Source: the human T2T-CHM13v2.0 reference genome, Homo sapiens
Reading direction: 5' to 3' (one strand)
Assembly: GCF_009914755.1 (NCBI RefSeq)
Contig: NC_060948.1
DNA: 64,000 bases
The stretch's first letter is position 1; each line of letters opens with the position of its first letter. Below, in pieces: positions 1-12,049 of this stretch. The notes beneath the pieces are model-generated. The model worked only from the letters and a program-made list of their open reading frames with translations, was not told the origin of the DNA and ran no database searches. A program made the translations under genes and the position numbers.

Positions 1-1200
1 AATTAGGTTTAGTATTTATTTGTTTAATCTAAATCTTAGTTTCCTGGAATAATAAAGTTTGATGTTTAGCAAGAAAAGTACTTGAGTTTAAGCCAGTTTC
101 AATACAAGCTTGCCTTCTGCATTATTATTGAGTAGCAGACATTAAGTGACTATAGTTACTGGGTATTAGTGATGGTAAACTTTGTGTTTTTCATTATGAA
201 ATAATCTGTGTAACTGTTGGGTATATCAGTGCTTTCAAATGTGCTGCTTAGAATAGGATTAACTGTAAATTCATGTCAAGAATTAACTTGTGATTTGGCT
301 GTTTCCTGAATTTTATAATATACATGTGCAGAAATGTATTCAAAATTGAGTAAGGAAGCACACCTCTATCAGCATGCTATTAAACTTGAACATCAAGTAT
401 CATATATCGGTAGAGTTTTGGGGGTTTTTTTATTATTTGGGATTTTTTTTTTAATTGAGAGAAGCTCTCTTCTGTGCAGAATGGCTATTTCAAAGTATCT
501 CACTGTTTGTTTTCCTGTTCCATGACTATTTTTTCCAGCAGTGGTGATGCATTGAAGTCCAGTTTTCTAGAAGGGGAGTGTCTCAACCCTAATTTTACTT
601 TTCTAATTCTGGTAGCTGCAGGAATTTTTGAAAGTTTTGTTTAAGTAGTCTAATATTTTTTATGTAAAGAGCATTAAATTTTGCTGTGTATAAATTGTCA
701 TAATCTAAAAGTGAATCAACATTTTCAGTCCTTGAATCCTAGAACTTTTGGGAGGCCGAGGCATGTGGATCATGAGATCAGGAGATTGGGCCCATCCTGA
801 CTAACACGGTAAAACGCAGTCTCTACTAAAAACACAAAAAATTAGCCGGGCGTTGTGGCAGGTGCCTGCAGTCCCAGCTACTCCAGACGCTGAGGCCAGA
901 GGATGGCGTGAACCCGGGAGGCAAAGCTTGCAGTGAGCCAAGATTGCACCAATGCTCTCCAACCTGGGCAACAGGGCAGACTCCATCTCAAAAAAAACAA
1001 AAAAAAAAAAAAAAGAAAAAACTTCCGTCAGTGCCCAAGTGCCAAGCGCTTCCTATAGTTCTAATCAAGCGTTACAATAAATACTTGTAGAAAATAGTCA
1101 ATATTTATGCATGCTTATTTTGCTGACATCCATAAGTGGAAATAGTTGTAGATGTACTAAGAGTAATGAAGTAATATTATAGCTTCATTTACTTGCCTTT
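1..1200 (+). pseudogene. GPM6BP: GPM6B pseudogene 3'UTR remnant (copy A; runs off the window start)
   Basis: Paralogous to 19113-20060, which follows the GPM6B-like terminal coding exon at 17975-18120. Confidence 0.65.
733..1021 (+). mobile_element. AluY-like SINE, 5' end degenerate
   Basis: Alu body with Y-type motifs (gactaacacggt, ggcgtgaacccggg, gcttgcagtgag) and poly-A tail; absent from copy B (~19885). Confidence 0.9.
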
Positions 1201-2073
1201 TTACTATATATAAATCTATCTTTGTCCCCAGTATGGTGTCACATTTGAATAATGTGCATAGTAAAGATTTCATGTTGTTATAAAAATCAAGTCTGTGAGT
1301 GCTACTTGTTTTATTTTTGGCAAAAATCTCTTCAGCAATTTAAGAAAATATTATAATCCACTGGGCTGTATTGGGCATAAAAGTGCCACTAACACTTCTG
1401 TAGTTCTCTGTATAAAGTTATACGTTTTATGACCAGTTTTGCAACAAATAAAATCTATCTACCAGTAAGATTAACAAGGCTTAAACTTGGGCAAAGTACA
1501 ACAATAAGTTTCCCTGTGTAGTTGGTTATTTTTTCAAATCAATAGTACAAAATTCTATGGAAAGGTTTACTCAGGAATATATAAAAAAAAAAAACCTGGT
1601 TCTAACAGTTACTCTCTAGAATAGCAGAGCTAAATATGTTACTCAGGATTTTATTTAATAATCTGTTTGAACTCCTTATCTGTCAACATGATTCTAAATT
1701 TGGGTTCTCTGCATCTGACATTTCTTAGTGCCTCATAGTCTTTATCACTATTGACACATGGCCATCTCTAATTCAGGTTCTGACTCTGGATCATCTCCTT
1801 TCATTCATGCATGGCAGGAGAAGAGTACACAGTTCAATTGGTGTACTATTTGTCACACTACATACTACCTTCTGTTTAAGTAACAATTTGTGCAATTATT
1901 TAATTCACACAAATCAACAGAGGAAAGTGTAAGTAATAGATAGGATCACCAGAAGTCTCTAAATTGTCAAAAGTGATCTTGCCACCTGGGAAGGAACCCT
2001 ATATTTATAAACTAATGAAATACTTGAAGCCAATTCATGAAGTATTATGACCAAAGTTTCCACAATAAAGATG

Positions 2074-2447
2074 CTATCTCAGTATCTTCCTGTTCCTATA
2101 ACACAATACCTTAGACTGGGTAAGTTATGAAACCAGAAATATGTTTCTTACAGTTTTAGAGGTTGGGAAGCCCAAGGTAAAGGCACTGGCAGGTTCAATG
2201 CCTGGCGTAGGCCTAGTTTCTGCTTCCAAGATGGTATCTTGTTGCTGTGTTCTCCAGAGAGGACAAATAAAGTATCCTTAAATGGTGGAAGGGCAAAAGG
2301 GCCCAGTTATTTCCATTAAGCCCTTTTATAGGGTTGCTAATTGCACTCTTAATTGCCTCCAGAAGCCCCCACCTTTTAATTCTATCACACTGGAGGGTTT
2401 AACTTCCAACATATGAACTCTGGAGGGACACACACATTCAAACCACA
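2074..2447 (-). mobile_element. MLT1A-like MaLR solo LTR
   Basis: Typical MLT1 motifs (agactgggtaa...cttacagttttagagg...ccaagatgg...aacatatgaactctggagggacac); paralog at ~21018-21391. Confidence 0.75.
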
Positions 2448-2742
2448 GGTATTAAATGTAAAGATCAGAGGCAATATTGTACTATTCATAAAGCCTAGGA
2501 ATTTCTGTGTGTTTTTATGTTCCGGGAGAAAACTGAAATGTGCCGGCAAAAGATGACCTCATTTTACAGATGGCAGTCCTTCACTGGAGAGGAAAGAAAA
2601 TAGCTTAATCTTTAAAGAGTAGGCCTGGAGTTAATCAATATGATAGGTTATACTCATTTAAAATTTAGGAAATATAAGCTTAGAAAAACAGCTCTTTTTA
2701 GTGTAATGAATGAGAAATTCTGTGACTGGAGAAGCTGTCGAA

Positions 2743-2769
2743 CATCTTCATTGATTCCAGAATCATCTT
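2743..2769 (-). pseudogene. OFD1P: OFD1 exon 21 5' fragment (copy A), fused by deletion to terminal-exon 3'UTR sequence
   Basis: Reverse complement reads ttttagag|AAGATGATTCTGGAATCAATGAAGAT = KMILESMK, versus OFD1 KMIEESLK. Confidence 0.6.
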
Positions 2770-3289
2770 CTCTAAAACAGATGGGCATGAAAGCACAAAA
2801 TACACAAACACATTTATAAAACATTTTAAGTGTTTAAAAATGCAGTACTATAATTCCATCGTGTATGCCAGTGAACTAATTTTTAAAATTGGAATCATTG
2901 CTATCATCAATGGAAAACAAATAGGTCATCTCAATGAAGGAAGTGATTAATTTCCCTCAAGTGTCCTGTGCTTCAGATTTGAATTAACCAGGAATCTAAG
3001 GAACATTCATATGTTGCTGTAATTCAAGCAAGACTTAGCAGGTCTATTAATTGGACAGATAAATTTATCTGCTAGGCCAGAATCAGAATATAGAAGGGAA
3101 GCAGAGAACCAGAGGAAGGAGGGAGGCAATGTATGCCCCTGGAAGCAACCTTGGACTGGCAGCCACCTTCACTGTTTGGTTCTTCTACAGCCAACTAGCT
3201 GACATTGACAGCCTCTTATTTCAGCTCTTTTTTAAATTTATTATTATTCTTAATTTTTTGTTTGTGTTGAAACTGAGTCTTGCAAATGG

Positions 3290-3560
3290 ACGGCAGCCCT
3301 TCTTAGAGTTTCAGCGATTACTCTGATGTGGATCCTTTCCATATCTTTTACTCCACTCCTGATCTCTATACCTAGCCTCCCATCCACATTTCTGATAGTT
3401 TCTTTCCATACACATGTAGAAACTCCACAGCACCAGCTTCATCCCAGGAGTGATCATCCCAGTCCTTCGCTCATGAGCCATCTTCCATCCACCCAGTAAC
3501 TAGCCCTGGCACATTCACACTCTCTGTCCTGTGGCTGCAAGAGGGGTCTTCCTCATCATC
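3290..3560 (+). mobile_element. Ancient L2-like LINE fragment in OFD1 intron (paralog ~24180-24480)
   Basis: Pyrimidine-rich L2-type text (ccatatcttttactccactcctgatctctatacctagcctcccatccacatttctgatag); old and degenerate. Confidence 0.5.
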
Positions 3561-4777
3561 TGCCTGGAATACTGAAACAGCCCTGTCAAGGCTCTCTGTG
3601 AATTCAGTCTCTGCCTGCGAGAAACCTGTGGTCATCTGCACCAGGCATTCCCTGAGGGGAAGATTGTATCTCATGTACAGTGTCTCTGCTCTGGTAGAGT
3701 CCAATGCCATGGTATTCTGGGCTCTGATAATCTGCCTTTTTCTTTCCAGATTGATTTCACATAACACCACCAACATTGTACTACAAATGTTTCATCTGTA
3801 CCAACCCATTTTCTGGGGTCTGACTATGGCTGTAGCTTCCTTGCTTGGCATTTGCCTTCACTATCTCCTCAGCTGGTGACATTTCCATTCTGTCATAAAG
3901 GGTGATATGCTGTTGGAGACCAAACTGAAATTCCAACTCTTCCTTATTTCTGAAGTGAAAAGTAATCACTCCAGCACATTAATTGTGCAATATCTTGTAC
4001 CTGCTTCTTGAAAATATACACATACTTGTTTCTTCTGTTTCTATCTCTTCCAGGGAAGGCCCATATTTCAACAAATTGTCTGTTCCCTCTGCATCATGGC
4101 ACGGGTCCCTACATCTCAAATGTTTAAATAGACCTCATTCTCAGAAACAATTATGCTGACCTTTCTCTTCCAGTTCTACCCATAACCTATTTTTTTATGA
4201 GTAAGCAATGCAAATATACAGAAGAATTTATAGGTTCACCAGAGGGTCATGAACCTTTTTGCTCTGCCTTGTTCTAAAGTCATCAGCAGGGACTGAGTTA
4301 GTTTCAAAAACAGGAGAAAAGCAACACAGTTTTTTCTCTGTCTCCACCCACCATCTCTTCTCAATCCTTCTCATGAAATTAAAATACCTTAAGAGACAGT
4401 TAATCATTTCTGCAAGTAGAAAGGCAACTTTCTGTGTGCTAGAAGAACAAGAAGAAAAAAGTTACTTATAAATGAGATTGCTTTCTTATATGAAATAGTA
4501 ATTTCAAGATAGTAATATTATTTAAGCACCTCTTTATTAAGGAAGAAAGGAAGCAAAACTACTTCACTGCTCTGGTTTATATTTTGTACCTACGTGGTGG
4601 AATACTGAAACCTCTTTGGACACAACGGAAAGAAATGAAGTATGTCCATTGTGCCCCTTGCATCAGAGAGAGCATATTTCAGCCTTTTCAATTTCCATTG
4701 AGGCTAGAAGAAGTGAAATGATGAATATAAAAAATTCTCAGTAACACCAATGTTACTCACTATGCTGCTTAATAATG

Positions 4778-4785
4778 TTTTTTTA

Positions 4786-4831
<46 letters not shown>

Positions 4832-5082
4832 GAATCTCACTCTTTCACCTAGGCTGGAGTGCAGTTGAGCAGTCAGCTTAATGCAACCTCCACCCCCTGG
4901 GTTCAATTGATTCTCCTTCCTCAGCCTCACAAGTAGGTGGGATTACAAGCCCATGACACCATGCCTGGCTAATTTTTGTATTTTTAGTAGAGATGGTGTT
5001 TCACCACGTTAGCCAGGATGGTCTCAATCTCCTGACCTCATGATGCACTCATCTCAGCCTCCAAAAGAGCCACTGCACCCAG
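4778..5082 (-). mobile_element. AluS-like SINE whose tail has become a (TTA)n microsatellite (~4786-4831)
   Basis: Reverse Alu body; absent at the paralogous site ~25720. Confidence 0.9.
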
Positions 5083-5704
5083 TAAATAATTTCTAAATCC
5101 AGTATTATAATCTACATTCCACCTCAGAGGCAGAACACCAAGTTATTCAGTTGAATTCCTTTATCTTATTACCTTGTTTCAGTCCCTTTCCCAGGTCTGT
5201 GACAAATGGCTGCCGGTCAAAACTCCCTCTTGTAGCCATGGCCCCTACTCATCTGCTTCAGCCCAACTCTACTACAGTCTTGGGTAATGGTTTGCTGACC
5301 ATCTGCCTCAGTGTCTAGAAATTCAGGATGACACGAGCTTGGTTTGATTCACTGTTGTATGATCAGCCCCAAGGAAACTGCCCAGCAGAGACAGGCTCTA
5401 GATCAGGTCTTACAGAGTGGTTTCCAAAACGCATTTATTCTGGAATAAGCAAAATCAAACTTCTCAAAATCCCTTGCCTCTTTAAGTAATTCTATATGTT
5501 ACTGAATGCCATGACTATACCCAAGAAACTGCTAACCAGACATTTTGGAAATATTTTTAAGATGTATTTCCAATGTTTGGGAGGGAGTAAGAGGTGGCTT
5601 TCCTTGAGAAAATTACTTTCATATTTGAGGATGAAATACTTTGGTCCCAAAAGAAAAGAGCCTGGCTGTTTGCTCATCCCTGAAACAAAGGACAAAGCTC
5701 CCAC

Positions 5705-6267
5705 TCTTGTGGGAATTAAGGGACAGGAGAGACCAATGGGTGGAACAGGAGGATTTTATTGGGCGTACGTTGACTTAGCGGAATAACATTTAAAGACTGA
5801 GCCCTGAACAAAGATAGGGCTTGACTTTCATACATGCAACTGAAGAGGGTTGGCAGCTAATGGCATGAAATCTGCAGGATGGGCAAGCAAGCTTATAGGA
5901 GTAGAATGAAGAGAGTTTTTAAAAAAAAGTGACAGGTGTTATAACTCAGGCATGTATCATGACTTTCAATAATATATGGATGGGAAAACAGAAACCTACA
6001 AAATTTTTGTCAACTTCCAGAAGTAGTTATAAAAGTATATGTGAGAGCACATCAAAGAATAATGGTATTGGGTGAGAGTACTAGAGAGGGGAAACAGATA
6101 AGAACGTGTTATTTTCACTCCTGCTCCTGGAACCCATTCTTTACAGGCCCCATCTCTGCTGATAGTGCTATCAGAGCCCCAACAGGGCCTGGCTTATCCC
6201 TGGGTTTTTGGAGTGAGTCAGCTCAGTACACAGAATATGTTTTTTTTTTTTAACATTCCCTGTTTCA
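5705..6267 (-). mobile_element. 3' LTR of the ERV3-like provirus
   Basis: Starts TGAAAC directly after the PPT (aaaaagcatgaaaggtggaaa on the - strand); U5 end matches 14414-14540. Confidence 0.85.
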
Positions 6268-6299
6268 TTTCCACCTTTCATGCTTTTTGTAAATGAGGA

Positions 6300-8350
6300 T
6301 TAATAGAGAGAATCACCTAGTAATTCTTCAAGGGGGAGCAGTTCCCTATTTGGCAGGGGTTGATGTTTAGTTAGAGCCATTAGTTGAGTAGTCGTGTGTT
6401 TGTTTACAAGAGCCTCTATGGCTGCTTGAATGTTTTTAACAAGGAGGGTAAGAGACAAATTAGAACAAGGCAGAATCCTAGTATGGCTAGAACTATTTTT
6501 ACTAAGATCTTAAATTCTTCAAAGGATGAAAATAAGCCCCCAAAGAGGGAAACTGGAGACTACCCTTTAAAAGGCTGGACTGTAACATGGGCCAATTTTT
6601 GGATTTTGGAAGTTGTATTCTTAATGATCTTTCTAGGCAGCATTTAGTTAGATTGAACTTTCCACATACCCTTCCTTCCTGGACTAGGAAGTAGTTTAAA
6701 GACAGTCTATTTCGATGAATAGCATTCTTCATTTTTGTGGCTTGTTGGGCCTGCAGATTTAGGGTCTTTGCAGTGTTATTAGTAATAATTTTCAGCACTG
6801 CCTGTAACCTTATGTTGTGGTAGAATATGTAAATAGGAGTGCAGTATCCCCAAATTCCATTTTCTGTCCAGGTGGCTGAGCCATGGTGTTGGAATTTTTA
6901 GGGGGTCATTAATTGTTTTACCAATTTCTTATGGTTATGTCTTTTGTTTGTTTGTTCTGTATTTGTTTTATAATAGACCGGATACCCTAAAGGTCCTCCC
7001 TGTCCTAAGGCGATTAGAAAGGAGACAGCCTAATTTTTTCCAGTACACTGGCCCCTGACCATTTAGCCAGCAATGGGCAATATGCCCATGGCCCACAGAT
7101 CCAGTAGAGCTCAGAGGGCACCTGACGGGTATTAGGAGCGTTAAGTTGGTACAAAGAATGCTTTAAAGAAGGGAATCAGGAGAATGGGCCTGGTTGGGGC
7201 AGTTTGGAATTATTTTTACCACAACATACAGTTTTTCCTACTGTTTTATTGTAATATTATTGTTCTAGGCAAGTTGACTTTCCTACTGGGCCTGTAAGGT
7301 TTTTCTCCAACAAGAAATGCATAATATTCTGATAATGGAGGTCTTTAAGAATCAGATGCTCTGGCTTGTGAACACAGGTTCAGGGGAAGAGACAGTAAGA
7401 GTGAAGTTATCTTGGGGCATTAGCTTTCTTGCCTCCCATGGCCATTGGTGTCCCATGTTGGTCCAACCACAAACATAGCATGAGGAGATATGTAGGCTGC
7501 TGGCTATGTTTTCAGCCAGTTGAATATACATCAACTGAATAGGCTTCCATATACTTCAACTGAATAGGCTTCTGGCTAAGAGAGAGGGTTCAAACAGTTC
7601 CTGGTTGAAATTTTTACAGAATGATTTTAAAACAGAGTTTTCAGGTGTAACCATCCGAGATTTCTTGATAATATGTAAATAGGCTTTTGAGTCTGTTTTC
7701 TGGCCACTAACTTGTATTCCTAGAGGAGCCTTTAAACTTGTAGCCCATACAGCCAGATACGGTTTTAAGGTACTGAGATTTTCCAGGTAGCAAGTGCTTG
7801 CCTTACAGTTTGTTTTTGCTGTAAGTATGACTCACCCCAGTGATTGCAGGTTACAGGACTGAATTATGCAGTTCCAGCAAATTGTCTCTGAGAAACTGGC
7901 AAAGAAAGCAAGGGGTGAACATATATTTTTGTGGCAACTATTATAGTGCTCTTCAGAATTAGAGATTATGGGAAAGGTTGAGCCCATGGATGTTAACTGG
8001 CATATATTAAAGGATAAGGACATAACTCCCCAATGGGAGGATGAGACCTTGGTTTGGTGTAGCAGGTTTCCTTCTATTGACCCATGAATTTTAAAAGAGG
8101 TCTCAGGTAGGAATTTGGGGTTATAACACATATAAGTCTAGCCATTTCCTGGGTCACAGACTGAGTAGTTTCGTTGTGAGTACAAGTTTCTAGGTGGGTC
8201 CCTGTACACTTTTAATAAGTGTGATATAACAGGGTTTTGGTTATGGTGCTCCCTGACCATATTGTTAGTGCAGTGTGGGCACTCTTCTCTGGTCTCCTTT
8301 TCTGAAACAAATAAGGGGAGTATTATAGTTAGGAGGAAAAGAAGTGGGCT
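6300..8350 (-). pseudogene. ERV3-like env (frameshifted)
   Basis: [48 protein letters not shown] and ISD/CX6CC ([25 protein letters not shown]) closely match ERV3-1 Env as recalled. Confidence 0.9.
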
Positions 8351-8649
8351 TAGCTTTCCTATTGCCTGGAATAGGAAATAAGTAAAGAGTAACATGTTTA
8401 TACCAGGGAGGAAAAGAAGAAGTTTTTACACAGGGGAGGAGGTTGAGCAAAGTGAGAGAACAATAGTAAAACAATGATTGGATTTAAGATTTTTATCACT
8501 ATTTTATTATATTTTACTCCAGCTTCAAACGTACGTACAGTAGTCAGCTTCCAGGATGACTACAGCAGGGCTGTTGACTCCTCAAGTTTTAGCTGAGAAC
8601 AGACTAGTCAGCTTTCGGAATGACCAGAGTAGGGCTTCATCATTTCTCA

Positions 8650-11600
8650 GGGCAAATAGGTCATAGGATTAGCCAGCTCAGATGGTCTGGGTCATGTTTG
8701 CTGGTCCACTTGTCTTGGGCTGCAAGTTTTAGTTGACTGTGGTGGATCCAACGCACAATTTCTGCAATGTTAACAGCAGTGGAAGTGGACAAGGTTGCAG
8801 GATGGGGCCCATCCCATATGGGTTCTAGAGTGGTTGGATTTTATTTCTGACCTACACAGAGTCCCCAGGTCTAAAGTGGTGTGCTGTGTTTGTTGGGCTT
8901 ATGGACAATCTTTCCCATACCCAGCCATGGACCTCTTGCATGGCTCTCTTTAACGCCTGCCTTTGCCTTCTTAAAGTTAATTCCCTAGTTTGCAAAGTTC
9001 ACCCCTAATTTGAGCTATGATTGGGGATGGCCAGTGGAAAATAGTCCCTGAACTGTCTCGGTCACAAATTTCAGTCCATTTTCTGACCCTAGAGTTAGAG
9101 GCATTCTCAATCTGGGGATATCGTCTCTTAACAGTACTTCTGTTACTTCTCATGATTTCTCTGTTAGGGTGGGGAAAGCCTCAACTCATCCTGAAAAGGT
9201 ACAGAAAATCACCAGTATGTACTTACAGCCCACTGATTGGGGCATCTCAGTGAAGTTTCTAAGAAGGTTTTCACAGGGTGTGGCTCCCATTTCCTGAATT
9301 CCCAGGGGCCAAGTGGGCCCTTGTCATGGAATGTTCTGGGCACAAGTTAGACATTGTTTGCAGACAGATCAAGTGATGACAGTGAGCTGTGGCACATAGA
9401 AATGGTGTCCTAGCAGTGTTTTCAGTGACATTTTTCCCATGTGGGTTCCTTGATGGAATTGTTTTACAAATTTTGGGGCCAGCATTTCGTGGTTGGCTAG
9501 CCTCCTATTGGAGAATTTTCACCGTCCCTTTTTATATATTTTCCAGACCCTTGGGAAAAGCAGAGCTTCTCATTTGGAGGTAACTTGAAACCTCTGAGAG
9601 GTGCATATTTGGGAGGAGAGTCAGCTATGGCTGTCTGTCTGTCTATGGGTAGTCATTGCTGCCCCTTTTGCATACCTGTCTACCTTTTTGTTCCTTTTGG
9701 CCTCCAGTGATCCTGGCTTTTGGTGCCCCTTGCAGTGCATAGCAGCTGTCTTCTTTGGAGTCCATACAGCATCTAAGAGTTGCAGAATTTTTTCTTTGTA
9801 CTTTTTTTTCTTTTTGGCCCACCGCAGTTAAGAATCCTTTTTCTTTATATATAGCCCCATTATCAGGCAGCGTGGCAAAAGTATACTTGGAATCAGTATA
9901 AACATTGGCCATTTTACGTTTTGTCAGCAGAACGCTCTCATTAGGGCTATTAGCTCTGCCTTTTGGGCTGATGTTCTGGTGGGCTGAGCTTCTACCACTG
10001 AATCTAATGTTATCACTGCATACCCAGTTTCACGGACCCCTTTCAGTATATAGTATTTACCATCTGGGTCCCAGAGGGGTTGCTCTATAAGGTCTTTCTG
10101 GCTTGAGAATACATCATCTACTGTTTCCACAGAGTCATGAAGGAGGACCCCTGGTTTGACTGGGACTAAGGTAGCCAGGTTAAGGGTGTTTATTATTTCC
10201 AAAGTTATGTCGGGATTTTTGCATATGAGCCCCTGGTACTGAGTCACTCTTGGATTTGATAACTAATAGTGCGCTGTCTAATCCATTAAAGTTAGAACTG
10301 ACTGTGGTATACCCAGATGGTCAGCTGTTGTCTTAGAGCTAGTTTTCTATCTTGTTGTTCCAATAGGGTGGTGTCAGCTAGTGCCCTAAGGCAAGGAGGC
10401 TATGCTAGGGCCAAGGAGTTCAATTGTGTGGATAAGTACATCACCGGGCGAATTCATGATTTCACAACTTGGGTCAGGACACCTATAGCCAATCCCTTTT
10501 ATTCATGGACATGTGGAAAGAAAGGCTTACTTATATTTGGCAGTCCTATGGCTTGGGCCTGTGTTAAGGCTTCTTTGGCTTGTTTAAACACCTTCTTTTC
10601 CTGGACAGCCTCTCAAAGGAGGGGTTTCCTTTCCCCTCTCTTTGTGCCTTTATATAAGGGCTTGGCAATTAGTGAGAAATTTGGGACCCAGATACAGCAG
10701 AACCCTGCATTCCCCAAGAATTTTCCCATTTGGCACTGGGTGGTTTGAGTTGAGAGTGCATAAAGACATGGCTTTTGCTCACTGCTGAGCTGGTGTTCCC
10801 ATTGGCTTACTATGAAGTCCAGATATTTGACACTTTCTTGGCAAATTTGGCCTTCTTTCTGAATACGTTATAACCAGTTTTCCATAAAGGAGATGGAGGA
10901 AGTCTTGGATTCCTTGGTATCTGCCCCCTGGGGTTGGGGCTGCTAGGAGAAGGTCGTTTATGTATTGTAGCAAGGTGTAGTTGTCATTTGGTGTGGTGAA
11001 GGCCTTGATGTCTGAGGCCAGTGTGTCTCCAAAGATTGTAGGAGTGTTTTTGAATCTTTGTGGGAGTCTAGTCCATGTGAGCTGCTCCCCTGTGCCTGTG
11101 ACTCAATCGTCCCATTGAAATGCAAAGATGGGCTGACTAATTGGTGCCAGGCACAGATAGAAGAAAATATTCTTTAAGTCTAGTCAAGTAAATCAGGCAG
11201 CACTTGCCAGAATGAATCTTATTAGCATGTACGGATTTGGTATCACCAGGTGGAAGGTTACAGTAGCCTGGTTCATTTCATGTAAGTTTTGCACTGGTTT
11301 AGATTTACCAGACTCTGTATTTTGTTTTGGTAGCAGTGGAGTGTTCCAGGGTGACTCACACCAGACTACCAGACTAAGATTCTGTGTTTGAAGGGTCACT
11401 TTAAATGTTTGTGAATACCCCGCGTGTCTTCTCAGAGAAATAGGTATTGGTGAACCTGAACTGGAGTTGCTCCTGGTTTTAGCTTTACTATTATCAGTGC
11501 CTGATTTACAGCCTTTACAGCCAGGCTCAGTGGGTTATTGTTAGCCCATACTCCAAAAATTTTACCCAGTAGTGTAAACACTTTCTCCAGCCCTGGCTTA

Positions 11601-12010
11601 TGAGACAGTTCTGGTGACTGTTTTGTCTATACTCTTCATTCCTCAGCCTGCAGAATAATGAGGGTTAACACCATGACCTTTGGGTGAGTTAGGCTTAAAG
11701 TTATATCCTCGTGTGGCCCAAAAGAAATCTGTGCTGTCAGTTTCTGGAGCAGATCTCTTCCATGTAGGGGATCTGAGCAACTTGGGAGGTATAGGAATTC
11801 ATGTTGGACTTCTTGTCCCTCTATGACATACCTTCTAGGCCAGCAAGATGGCCTCCTTTCTGGATCCCTTGTAGCCCCAATAATAGTTGTATCATGTTTA
11901 GATAGTGGCCCTATGGGCTGTGTCACTACTGAGTGTTTAGAGCTGGTGTTCACCATAAAGTCCATCTGTTGCTCCCCTACTTCTACTGTGATCATGGGCT
12001 CCTGGGGACT
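8650..12010 (-). pseudogene. ERV pro-pol remnants (PR, RT, RNase H, partially deleted IN)
   Basis: ORF fragments 11636-11995 (protease), 11193-11399 (SPWNTPLLP), 10779-10973 (LQYINDLLLA), 9643-10247 (TSAQKAELIAL, NVYTDSKY). Confidence 0.88.
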
Positions 12011-12049
12011 TGGGAGATGGAGCCCGGTCTTGCATAGTCTTCCTATTTT

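Larger units (their letters stand above)
1..5704. repeat. Segmental duplicate, copy A, of the GPM6B-3'UTR / OFD1-3' block (paralog at ~19113-26342)
   Basis: Colinear similarity, e.g. 1 aattaggtttagtattt vs 19113 aattagggttggtattt; shared MLT1 element; 5680 ctgaaacaaaggacaaagctcccac vs 26317 ctggaacaaaagtgcaaagctccaac. Roughly 80% identity by eye, with large indels. Confidence 0.92.

Noticed and set aside
3471-3969. Hydrophobic ORFs (3598-3879, and paralog 24309-24821) superficially resembling an olfactory receptor or membrane protein
   Set aside because: No GPCR motifs (DRY, GN, PMY); the frame is not conserved between the two copies; the region is OFD1 intron partly derived from L2.
5496-5786. 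Similar ORFs in both duplicates (AMTIPKKLLTRHFGN / AMNTPKKLLTRRFGN at 26130-26495)
   Set aside because: The similarity simply reflects DNA-level duplication. Starts are non-ATG, the C-termini differ, one runs into an LTR, and no homologue is recognisable.
6300-8350. Domesticated, intact ERV3-1 env gene
   Set aside because: Broken into many short ORFs by stops and frameshifts; it is a related dead provirus, not ERV3-1.
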